A DNA stretch of 24,967 nt from Vulcanimicrobiaceae bacterium (GTDB lineage: Bacteria > Vulcanimicrobiota > Vulcanimicrobiia > Vulcanimicrobiales > Vulcanimicrobiaceae): the NCBI GenBank assembly GCA_046262595.1, contig JBHEMM010000012.1:36235-61201 (forward strand). The letters are read 5' to 3'. Positions 8,505-16,691 of this stretch are shown here, one piece after another. The position numbers were made by a program, and so were the translations under genes. Every line of letters starts with the position of its first letter. Positions within the stretch are counted from its first letter, which is position 1. The notes under the pieces were generated by a model. It ran no database searches, was not told the origin of the DNA, and saw only the letters and a list, made by a program, of their open reading frames with translations.

Positions 8505-9928
8505 CGCGCGCCTTGTGGACGATCGCCGCAGCGATCGTCATTCTGCGCGTGGCGCTTGCCGCAACGCTGCCCATGACGGGCGATGAAGCGTACTATTGGG
8601 AGTGGAGCCGGCGCTTAGCGGCCGGATACATCGATCATCCGCCTGCCGTCGCCTACATCGTTGCGCTCTTTTCGTGGCTGGGTTCCTCGCCGTTCGCCGC
8701 GCGTTTTGGTTTCGTGCTTTGCGGCGTTGGTGCAGCGCTCGCTGCGAGCGGTGCGGCGGGTTCGCTCTGGCGCAGCTCGCGAGCGGCCGCGATCGCGGCG
8801 CTCGCGGTGACTGCTGCGCCCATGCTTTCGATCGTTTTCTCGACCGTTTCCCCTGAAGGGCCGGCAACATTCGCGTGGGCGCTCGCGCTTTACGCCGGTG
8901 TGCTTGCATTCGAACGCGCCGACATCGAGTGGTTTTTGCTTTTAGGCTTCGCGATGGGTTTGGCGCTGCTCTCGCACTTCTTATCCTGGGCGTTAGTCAT
9001 CGGCGTGGCCGCCGCCGCATTCGCGCCGGCGTACCGCGGCTTGTGGCGCGACGGTCTGTGGATGTCGTTCCTGCTCGCAGGGCTGTGCTACGTTCCGTTT
9101 CTGGTTTGGAACGCCGGCCACGCCTGGCAAGCCTTCGCGTTTGCCCTCGTGCACCGCCACCCGTCCGAACGGCAGCTGTACCGGCCGCTGGTGACCTATG
9201 CGCTTTGTCTCGCGGCGTTCTCACCCGGCTTGTGGATTGCAGCGACGATTGCGTCGCGCCGCCCGTCCCACGCGCTGCTCACAACGACGGCGCTTCCGCT
9301 TTCGATCGCGCTGCTCGTTGTTTCGATACACGAGCGCGTTGAAGCCTATTGGTTCGCGGGGCCGTTTCTCTCATTGTGCGTTGCGATTCCCGGCTTGACT
9401 CGCCGGAAAGGTGACACGGCGCTGCGCTGGTGGCTTTTTGCGCCCGCGCTGCTTATGAGCGCTCTGCTTTTCGGCGCCGGCATTGCGCCGTTCCAGATGT
9501 ACGCCGTTGCGACGCGAGCCGGTCTGCATCTGCGCAATGCCGGCCCGTTCGAAATTTTTACGTACAAACCGCTGGCGCAGCAAGTGAAAGCAGTCGCCGC
9601 TGCGCGCAACGCGATCGTGATGACCGACGGTTACGGCTTTTCGTCGCTGCTCGATTTTTACGGCGGGCTAACGCCCGTTTTCATCGGCTACGACGCGCAA
9701 GGCCAAGAGGCGCGCCGCTGGTACGGCGACGCACAACATCCGCAAACAGCCCTGTTTGTGGACAAGGCACCCCTCGCGGAGCGCCCCGATTTCCAGCGGC
9801 AGCTCGCACGCGCTTGCGCAAACGTGAGCGATGGGCCGACGTTTGCCTTGAGGTACCGGACGTACTACAGCACATGGTGCGAGGCGATGCGGCCGCACGC
9901 GATTGCGATTTTACGCTTTCAACGGTGA
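8501..9928 (+). CDS. Glycosyltransferase family 39 (ArnT/PMT-like, GT-C) membrane protein
   Basis: DEAYYWEWSRRLAAGYIDHPP after the first TM, many TMs, PFLVWNA. TTG start at the TTGA overlap with the helicase stop. Confidence 0.85.
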   Translation: MTRALWTIAAAIVILRVALAATLPMTGDEAYYWEWSRRLAAGYIDHPPAVAYIVALFSWLGSSPFAARFGFVLCGVGAALAASGAAGSLWRSSRAAAIAALAVTAAPMLSIVFSTVSPEGPATFAWALALYAGVLAFERADIEWFLLLGFAMGLALLSHFLSWALVIGVAAAAFAPAYRGLWRDGLWMSFLLAGLCYVPFLVWNAGHAWQAFAFALVHRHPSERQLYRPLVTYALCLAAFSPGLWIAATIASRRPSHALLTTTALPLSIALLVVSIHERVEAYWFAGPFLSLCVAIPGLTRRKGDTALRWWLFAPALLMSALLFGAGIAPFQMYAVATRAGLHLRNAGPFEIFTYKPLAQQVKAVAAARNAIVMTDGYGFSSLLDFYGGLTPVFIGYDAQGQEARRWYGDAQHPQTALFVDKAPLAERPDFQRQLARACANVSDGPTFALRYRTYYSTWCEAMRPHAIAILRFQR

Positions 9929-10085
9929 TGCGAAGGCGACAAGAACGGGTTACGAACGCGTAAGGCACCTACGTTTTGGCCATGACTCAAGTCTTCGGTA
10001 TAGAGAACGCGGCATGACAACCGCACCGCAGCCGCAACGATGAGACTGTCATAGAACGATAACGTCCCTTCGAACCCTCTTGCCG

Positions 10086-11300
10086 TCAAGCCACAACCCG
10101 TTCCGCCGCTGCCGCATCCGTCTCTGCGAAAAAGCGGTTCTGCGTTTCACTCACGCGCGGCGCCCACGGGTCGACCTGTGCGCTGTTCACCGGAAAATGA
10201 ACGGTCGGTCCCGCGGCATCCGAATACGAAGTGCCGCCGAACGGCGCGAACGACCGGCTTTCGCCGTGTGCGAGCACCATGCCGCGAACCGCTGTTTCCG
10301 CCTTAGCCGCTGCGGTACGCACGGTTGCATCGAGTTTCGCATCTTTGGCGAGCGAATCGTACACCGCGATCGCGGGGCGGTCGGCGTGCCACGGCATATC
10401 GGGCGTCGCATCGGGAATTCGCGCCATGCCGCGCACGTGCGCGGCGTCGCTTCGAATGCGCGCGGCCTGCGCGCCGTCGGCAGCGATCGCATCGTTGAGC
10501 GCTTTGACGGATTGCTCCACAGGCGCTACGGTGCTGCGCCCGACGTCGAGCACGTCGAAAGCCGCCGCCGGACTGTAAGAAAAGCGTCCGATGCCATAGC
10601 GGTAATCCATTACGTCGTTCACCACGGCGGAAGCCATCGCGTGCTCGTCAGACGTATGCGCCGCAATCGCATGGGCGACATCGCTCGGCACGCCGGGCGA
10701 CACCATCGTCTCGGGTGATGCTGCCAGCCACTTCACGCCCGCGTGCGAGAGGGCGTCGGCGAATCCCAGCGATGCCATCAGGCATTGGTTCGCCACCACG
10801 CCGTCAACGCTGCGTCCGGCATCTTCGGGGTGTGCTTGCGCGTGCATTTTGACGCCGTCTTCGATCGCTTGCGCCATCTGCGGCATCGTCATGATCGTCT
10901 TGCCGAAGCTGTCGGCTTCCAGACCGCCGCCGTCGCCGGCGCCATGGTCGACGAGGTCGATCCACGTCTGCTTCGCGCGGGCGCTTTGCGCGTTATCGAG
11001 TGTACGCGCGACGAACCGCGCAAGATTCTTTTCTAACGCCATGTCGATGCCGCGCGCGTTCGGATTGAACGGGGCGTCCGAACCGTCCTGTACGGTGTAG
11101 CGCTGGGTTGTCAAACCTCCGCCGGCTTCGTCGTTGTTGTACGTCGAGTCCTCGACGGTGAATTGGACGCTGCGATCCTGCGCGCTGACCTGCTCCGCTT
11201 GGTCGAGCACCTCTGATTGCGAGTCGTCCAAGTTATTGTCGCCGTCGCGATAGATTCCGAATTCGACGGCGCGCGGTGCGGTGCGCTGGATTGGTAGCAT
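10086..11300 (-). CDS. Clostripain-related cysteine peptidase (C11 family)
   Basis: IYRDGDNNL, catalytic His in LVDHGAG, catalytic Cys in VANQCLMAS, LAASPETMVSPG. GGAGG lies 8 nt before ATG 11300. Confidence 0.75.
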   Translation of the reverse strand: MLPIQRTAPRAVEFGIYRDGDNNLDDSQSEVLDQAEQVSAQDRSVQFTVEDSTYNNDEAGGGLTTQRYTVQDGSDAPFNPNARGIDMALEKNLARFVARTLDNAQSARAKQTWIDLVDHGAGDGGGLEADSFGKTIMTMPQMAQAIEDGVKMHAQAHPEDAGRSVDGVVANQCLMASLGFADALSHAGVKWLAASPETMVSPGVPSDVAHAIAAHTSDEHAMASAVVNDVMDYRYGIGRFSYSPAAAFDVLDVGRSTVAPVEQSVKALNDAIAADGAQAARIRSDAAHVRGMARIPDATPDMPWHADRPAIAVYDSLAKDAKLDATVRTAAAKAETAVRGMVLAHGESRSFAPFGGTSYSDAAGPTVHFPVNSAQVDPWAPRVSETQNRFFAETDAAAAERVVA

Positions 11301-11306
11301 GTTCAA

Positions 11307-11338
11307 AGCCTCCGGGAAGTTGCTGTTTCTGGGAGGCT
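11307..11338 (-). promoter_or_regulatory. Hairpin sequestering the Shine-Dalgarno of the peptidase gene
   Basis: AGCCTCC (11307-11313) / GGAGGCT (11332-11338) inverted repeat. On the mRNA the 3' arm contains the GGAGG SD. Confidence 0.4.
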
Positions 11339-11386
11339 ATAACGACAGAGTCCAGCGGCGGCTAGCTCGATCTCACGTTTGGCGCG

Positions 11387-11563
11387 TTACCGCTTAAAGC
11401 GCTCTTCCACGTTCTGCACGCCGCCTTCGACGGCGGTCTCAGTCGTTCGCACGGCGTCGGCGATCCACCGGATAATGGCGATAACGCCCACCAGTGCGAG
11501 CAAGAAGATGATCAGGAAGGCCCACGCGGCGGCGTGGACCAGGTTCAGCAATGCATGTTCCAT
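11387..11563 (-). CDS. Small membrane protein, 58 aa (absent from ORF track)
   Basis: GAGGAG SD, then ATG. MEHALLNLVHAAAWAFLIIFLLALVGVIAIIRWIADAVRTTETAVEGGVQNVEERFKR*; one TM and host-like codon usage. Confidence 0.75.
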   Translation of the reverse strand: MEHALLNLVHAAAWAFLIIFLLALVGVIAIIRWIADAVRTTETAVEGGVQNVEERFKR

Positions 11564-11587
11564 GATGCTCCTCGGGCGGCGGGGCGG

Positions 11588-11815
11588 TTACAGCGGTGAG
11601 ATGGCGATGCTCCCGCTGACCGTGGAAAGATTCATGGAAGCGCTGCCGCTTCCTAGTTGCCAATGGGCATCCGCGCCGGCGTAGCCCTTGTGCACGCTGC
11701 CCTGCGCGAACGACGTGATGCCGCCGCTCACCGTGCCGGCCACAATGCGGACGTCGCTGTTTTTCGCTACGCGCCAACTAAAGAGCGCGGCGATGCCCAA
11801 ACCCAAATATTTCAT
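11588..11815 (-). CDS. 75-aa DUF4097-like beta-strand-repeat fragment (possible internally deleted gene)
   Basis: MKYLGLGIAALFSW is joined directly to AGTVSGGITS...LGSGSASMNLSTVSGSIAI, which resembles the C-terminal end of DUF4097/putative adhesin proteins. Confidence 0.5.
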   Translation of the reverse strand: MKYLGLGIAALFSWRVAKNSDVRIVAGTVSGGITSFAQGSVHKGYAGADAHWQLGSGSASMNLSTVSGSIAISPL

Positions 11816-11846
11816 GCCGGAATTACGCGCACACGCGCGGCGTGTT

Positions 11847-12650
11847 TCATTTCGGGCAATCTTTAAGGCGGGTGATGCCGTCACCCGTGCTGTGCTCCAT
11901 AACATACTGCACCAGCGGCGGCTCGTTCGCGCGCTGGTCTGCGGGCGGGAATTGAAAGACTGCCTCTTTGGTCTCTTGCATGAACGGATCTTGCGCTTTG
12001 CTGGAATAGTACCATTCGTAATCCAGCGGCTGCGTCTGATCCGTGCCGTCGGGGAAATGCACGCGGACCATAATATGCTCCCAGATGCGGCCCGTGCTCG
12101 TATCGACCGTTGCCTCTTCGGTTTGCAGGAACTCCACGAAGCCGCACGGCTCGTGGGCCGCCGGCGCCCCACCTGTGCCGTTGCCTTCACCGTTCACGCC
12201 CGTGCCGTTGCCGCCGGGCCCGATGCCGCCGGTGTTGGCCTTTGCGTTCGCGCTGGTTCCCGCGCCGTGGCCGCCCGTGGGCACGTGGATGTTCGCAGGC
12301 TTGCTGTGGTAGCGCGTATGCACGAGCGGCCGCGCCGAGGCGATGCGGCGCACATGATGGTTCTGCGAGGGAGCCGCGGGGTTGACGATGGGCGTCGGCG
12401 TGTGCGTTTCGGCAATGACCTTCGTATGCACCACCGGCTGCGGTGTTGGCGAAGGCCTGGGCGTCGGCTTAGGCGTGGGCTTGACGCGGTGCTCGATCTT
12501 GATGATCTTCGCGATCGTGATGGTTTCGATGGGCGTTTCGCGTATCGTCGCCCGGTGAAGCGGTACGAGGGCCGCAAGTATTTCGTGCAGCGCCAAAGCG
12601 ACCGCCAGGCCTAATACCAAACGCCGGCGGTTCTCGCCGTTCACCTGCAT
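11847..12650 (-). CDS. Membrane-anchored Pro-rich/Gly-rich protein, TonB-like architecture
   Basis: RRRLVLGLAVALALHEIL anchor, KPTPKPTPRPSPTP linker, Gly-rich segment, ~100-aa C-terminal domain bracketed by two Cys. Start uncertain (12683, 12650 or 12644). Confidence 0.65.
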   Translation of the reverse strand: MQVNGENRRRLVLGLAVALALHEILAALVPLHRATIRETPIETITIAKIIKIEHRVKPTPKPTPRPSPTPQPVVHTKVIAETHTPTPIVNPAAPSQNHHVRRIASARPLVHTRYHSKPANIHVPTGGHGAGTSANAKANTGGIGPGGNGTGVNGEGNGTGGAPAAHEPCGFVEFLQTEEATVDTSTGRIWEHIMVRVHFPDGTDQTQPLDYEWYYSSKAQDPFMQETKEAVFQFPPADQRANEPPLVQYVMEHSTGDGITRLKDCPK

Positions 12651-12735
12651 CGAAGACGTCTCACTCAGATCTTTTCCCACCAATCAACGAAAAGGCCGCA
12701 TGGTAAGTCCCGGGTTGCAGGGAACCTTTGCGCCC

Positions 12736-13248
12736 GTGGAAGTTCAGAGCTATATACGCGCAATCCCCGATTTTCCAATCCCCGGGATCCTTTTCCGCGA
12801 CATCACGCCGCTGCTCAAGGATAAAGAAGGCTTCAAGGGAGCCGTCGATCTATTTGTCGACCACTTCCGGGCAGCGAAGATTGACTACGTCGTGGGCATC
12901 GAAGCGCGGGGCTACATGCTCGGTGCGCCGCTGGCGTACGCTATCGGCGCGGGCTTCGTTCCCGTTCGCAAGCCCGGAAAGCTGCCCTATGACAAACTGA
13001 CCGAATCATATGCGCTGGAATACGGCACGAACTCGCTCGAGATTCACTCCGACGCCTTGGGCAACGGCGACCGCGTGTTGGTGGTTGACGACCTGCTGGC
13101 GACGGGTGGGACGGCTGCCGCAACGCGCCGGCTGCTCGAGCGCCTGGGCGCCTCCGTTGCGGGATTCGCCTTCCTCATCGAACTCGATGCCCTCAACGGG
13201 CGCGACGCTTTGGCCGGTGTGGACGTTACCAGTTTTATAAAGTACTAA
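12736..13248 (+). CDS. apt: Adenine phosphoribosyltransferase
   Basis: IRAIPDFPIPGILFRDITPLL, GIEARG, RKPGKLP, YALEYG, PRPP motif VLVVDDLLATGGT. GTG 12736 gives the typical length (alternative ATG 12700). Confidence 0.97.
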   Translation: MEVQSYIRAIPDFPIPGILFRDITPLLKDKEGFKGAVDLFVDHFRAAKIDYVVGIEARGYMLGAPLAYAIGAGFVPVRKPGKLPYDKLTESYALEYGTNSLEIHSDALGNGDRVLVVDDLLATGGTAAATRRLLERLGASVAGFAFLIELDALNGRDALAGVDVTSFIKY

Positions 13249-13269
13249 AGGACCGATCGGAAGACAACT

Positions 13270-13719
13270 ATGCGTTTGCCCCGTGCTCTGCTCATCGCTC
13301 TTTTCATCGCGGGCATCGCCTTCGCCGCTGCCGGCTCCGGCTTCGCGCGTGCCGCCGCCAGCCCCGCGCCCGCCGCGGCGCTTGAGTCGCCGCCGCCCAT
13401 TCCGCCGCCCGCGCCGGCCGTCGAGAACCCGAAGATTCATAAACTCGCCGTGCAGCAGTTCCTGGCTTGGCAAACGGCGACGGTGGACCGCGACGCATAC
13501 TCGGAAACCGTCAACGCCGACCTTTCCGACGAGCTGCTGGACCGGGCTACGAAAACGCTCGCGAATCTTGGAGCGCTGCAGAGCGCCGCGTTCCAGGGCG
13601 TGAGCAAGACCAAAGCCGCCTCGCTCTACGTTTATAAGATGGCGTGCGCGAACGGAACGGTCAACATGGACTTCTCGGTGGACCCCAACGGCAAAATTGG
13701 ACTCATTTTCTTCGTTTGA
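13270..13719 (+). CDS. Exported hypothetical protein
   Basis: Signal-peptide-like MRLPRALLIALFIAGIAFAAA, Pro-rich linker, small domain ending DPNGKIGLIFFV. Host-like codons. Confidence 0.7.
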   Translation: MRLPRALLIALFIAGIAFAAAGSGFARAAASPAPAAALESPPPIPPPAPAVENPKIHKLAVQQFLAWQTATVDRDAYSETVNADLSDELLDRATKTLANLGALQSAAFQGVSKTKAASLYVYKMACANGTVNMDFSVDPNGKIGLIFFV

Positions 13720-13743
13720 GCGCCTGCGCCGCTTGTGGCGCCT

Positions 13744-13772
13744 TTGCCCTCGGAGCGGTCTTGTGGCAATAT
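13744..13772 (+). promoter_or_regulatory. Possible sigma70-type promoter of relA
   Basis: TTGCCC-N17-CAATAT with TG extension. Same -35 hexamer as before rpsF. Confidence 0.4.
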
Positions 13773-13785
13773 AGACGGATAGGCC

Positions 13786-15951
13786 ATGACGATAGCAGAG
13801 CTGGTTCAAAAAGTTCAGACCTACGACCCGTCGCTCGACGGGTCGTGGCTTATGCGCGTGTACGAGACCGCCGACACGGCGCACGAAGGGCAACGCCGCG
13901 CGTCCGGTGAGTCGTATATCGAGCATCCGCTTGCCGTAGCCGGCATTCTGGCCGACCTGGAGATGGACCGCCACACCATCGCCGCGGCGCTGCTGCACGA
14001 CGTCGTCGAAGACACCAGCATTACCACGGAGCAAGTGGCCGCGCAGTTCGGCGATGAAATCGCAACGCTGGTCGAAGGCGTCACGAAACTCACCCGCATT
14101 CCGTATCAATCCAAAGAAGAAGCGCAAGTTGAGAATCTGCGCAAGATGTTCATGGCGATGGCTAAGGACATCCGCGTGATCATCATCAAACTCGCCGACC
14201 GCCTGCACAACATGCGCACGCTGGGCAGTTTGCCCGCCGCAAAGCAGCTGGGCATCGCGCGCGAAACGCTGGACATCTATACGCCCATCGCGCACCGGCT
14301 GGGCATTTGGAAGGTGAAGTGGGAGATGGAAGATCTCTGCCTTCGCTATACGGATCCGGAAGGCTACCGCGATATCGTCGAACGCGTTGCAAAGACGCGC
14401 AAGGATCGCGAGAGCACCGTGCAAACCGTCGTCGAGAAACTGAACGAAGAGTTCAAACTCATCGCGGTGCAAGCCGAGATTCAAGGGCGGCCCAAACACT
14501 TCTACTCCATTTACGCCAAGATGAAGAAGGGCCGCGACTTCTCCACGATCTACGATCTGACGGCGATCCGCATCATCGTCGAATCGGTGAAAGATTGCTA
14601 TGCGGCGCTGGGAACGGTGCATGCGCTGTGGACGCCGCTTCCGGGCCGGTTCAAAGATTACATCGCCATGCCCAAGCCCAACATGTATCAGTCGCTGCAC
14701 ACGACGGTCGTCGGACCCGAGGGCGAACCGCTCGAAGTGCAGATCCGCACGTGGGAGATGCACCGCACGAGCGAATACGGCATCGCGGCGCATTGGCGTT
14801 ACAAAGAAGGCGGCAAAGCGGACCAGTTCGAGAACAAACTCTCGTGGCTGCGCGCGCTTTTAGAGTGGCAGAAAGACATGCGCGACTCGCGCGTGTTCAT
14901 GGAAAACCTCAAACTCGATCTGTTCGACTCGCAGGTGTTCGTCTTTTCTCCCCGCGGCGACGTCTTCAGCATGCCGGCCGGCGGTACGCCGCTGGACTTT
15001 GCGTACAACGTGCATACGGATGTCGGCAACCACTGCGTGGGTGCGCGCGTGAACGGGCGGATCGTGCCGCTCGACTATGCGATGCAGAACGGCGACATCT
15101 GCGAGATCCTGGTCAACAAAAACAGTGGACGCCCTTCGCTCGGCTGGCTCGCCATCGCCAAGACGAGCAGTGCTAAGCATAAAATCAAACAGTGGTTCCG
15201 CAAAGAACGCCGCGAAGAAAACGTGCTTGCCGGCCAGGAGGCGATCGAGAAAGAGCTCGCGCGCCAGCACATCAGCTCCTCAACGCTAAGCGGCGAGATC
15301 ATCGAGCGCATCGCCAACCGCATGAATTATGCGACGCCGGCGGACTTGTTCGCGGCGGTGGGCTTCGGCGATGCCAGCGCGCAGAATATCGCAAACCGCG
15401 TCAAAGAAGAACTCAAAGCGGGCAATGTCGTGGAGTTCGCACCGATCACTCGCCCGCAATCGGTCTCGCGCCGCGTCGCGCGCAAGACCAGCGGCATCCG
15501 CATCGCGGGCGTTGACGACGTGCTCGTGCGGCTCTCGAAGTGCTGCAGCCCCGTTCCGGGCGATCCGCTGGTCGGCTACGTGACGATCGGAAAGGGCGTC
15601 TCCGTGCATCGCGCCGATTGCCCGAACGTTGCCTACATGACCGCAACGCCGGAGCGCATGCTGGAAGCGAGCTGGATCGGCGAAACGGAATACACGCATG
15701 CCGTCGATATTGAAGTGGAAGCGCTCGACCGCCCGGCACTGCTGCAAGACGTCATGGCCGTCTTTGCCGAACTCAAGACGCAAGTCAGCTCCGTGACGGC
15801 GCGCGTGAAGCGCGATCGTCACGCGCTGGTCAGCCTCACGGTGCAGATCCACGATCTGGTGCACCTGCACGACATTCTGCGCAAGCTCGAAACACTCAAG
15901 GACGTGCGCCGCGTGTACCGCGTGACGAAGCGGGAAGCGCGCTCGTCGTAA
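13786..15951 (+). CDS. relA: Bifunctional (p)ppGpp synthetase/hydrolase (long RSH)
   Basis: HD motif LLHDVVED, IKLADRLHNMRT, GRPKHFYSIY, RFKDYI, YQSLHT, TGS (TPLDFAYNVHTDVG), CC motif SKCCSPVPGD/HRADC, C-terminal ACT. Confidence 0.97.
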   Translation: MTIAELVQKVQTYDPSLDGSWLMRVYETADTAHEGQRRASGESYIEHPLAVAGILADLEMDRHTIAAALLHDVVEDTSITTEQVAAQFGDEIATLVEGVTKLTRIPYQSKEEAQVENLRKMFMAMAKDIRVIIIKLADRLHNMRTLGSLPAAKQLGIARETLDIYTPIAHRLGIWKVKWEMEDLCLRYTDPEGYRDIVERVAKTRKDRESTVQTVVEKLNEEFKLIAVQAEIQGRPKHFYSIYAKMKKGRDFSTIYDLTAIRIIVESVKDCYAALGTVHALWTPLPGRFKDYIAMPKPNMYQSLHTTVVGPEGEPLEVQIRTWEMHRTSEYGIAAHWRYKEGGKADQFENKLSWLRALLEWQKDMRDSRVFMENLKLDLFDSQVFVFSPRGDVFSMPAGGTPLDFAYNVHTDVGNHCVGARVNGRIVPLDYAMQNGDICEILVNKNSGRPSLGWLAIAKTSSAKHKIKQWFRKERREENVLAGQEAIEKELARQHISSSTLSGEIIERIANRMNYATPADLFAAVGFGDASAQNIANRVKEELKAGNVVEFAPITRPQSVSRRVARKTSGIRIAGVDDVLVRLSKCCSPVPGDPLVGYVTIGKGVSVHRADCPNVAYMTATPERMLEASWIGETEYTHAVDIEVEALDRPALLQDVMAVFAELKTQVSSVTARVKRDRHALVSLTVQIHDLVHLHDILRKLETLKDVRRVYRVTKREARSS

Positions 15952-16682
15952 ACGATTACGCCCTGCTCGGCGCCGCTGCGTTCACCGGCGGGGCCATCAA
16001 CAGCGTTGCGGGCGGCGGCAGCTTTTTAACGTTTCCAGCACTGCTCTTCTCGGGCATCCCGGCCATATCGGCAAACGCAACGAACAACACCGCCATGTGG
16101 GTGGGCGTGGTCGCCGGCGCCCGCGGCTACCGCGAAGAGATCCGCACCTACCGGCGCATCGTTTTGCCGGCGCTCGCAATCAGTGTCGGCGGCGCGCTGG
16201 GCGGCGCGGTGCTGCTGCTGCACACGCCGCAGCATCTTTTCGAGCGCCAGATTCCCTGGCTGCTGCTCTTTGCAACGGCGGTTTTTGCCGTCAGTCCGTT
16301 TCTGACGGCGAAGAAAACGCGGCGGCAGTTGCATTCGCCCCTGCAGCTGGTGCTGCAGTTCGCCGTCTCCGTCTACGGCGGCTATTTCGGAGCCGGCATG
16401 GGGATTCTTATGCTCGCCGTTCTCTCGTTTTCCGGCCTGCCGGATCTCAATGCGATGAACGGCGTGAAGAATCTGCTTTCCATTGCCATCAACGGCGCTG
16501 CCGTCGTACCGTTTCTGATAGCGGGCGTGATTGACTGGCCGGTCGCTCTGTGGATGGGCCTCTTTGCAATGTTCGGCGGTTACCTCGGCGCGCGGTTCTT
16601 CCGTCGTGTGCCTTCGCGCGTGAGCCGCGGCATCGTGCTGCTCATCGCGTGCGGCATGACCGCTTACTTCTTCGCGAAATAA
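15948..16682 (+). CDS. Sulfite exporter TauE/SafE (TSUP) family permease; start codon non-canonical
   Basis: In-frame GGAINSVAGGGSFLTFPALL...ANATN lies upstream of the ORF-track ATG 16095. Second repeat YGGYFGAGMGILML, NGVKN. Confidence 0.85.
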   Translation, partial: VNDYALLGAAAFTGGAINSVAGGGSFLTFPALLFSGIPAISANATNNTAMWVGVVAGARGYREEIRTYRRIVLPALAISVGGALGGAVLLLHTPQHLFERQIPWLLLFATAVFAVSPFLTAKKTRRQLHSPLQLVLQFAVSVYGGYFGAGMGILMLAVLSFSGLPDLNAMNGVKNLLSIAINGAAVVPFLIAGVIDWPVALWMGLFAMFGGYLGARFFRRVPSRVSRGIVLLIACGMTAYFFAK

Positions 16683-16691
16683 CGCTTCTGC

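Noticed and set aside
11339..11365. sigma28-like promoter (CTAG-N15-GTCGTTAT, minus strand) for the peptidase
   Set aside because: Both boxes deviate substantially from TAAA-N15-GCCGATAA.
13006..14793. 595-aa minus-strand ORF (and similar long ORFs 1052..2599, 1329..2318, 3668..4897, 11688..12614)
   Set aside because: Shadow frames of well-supported high-GC genes, with no recognisable motifs.
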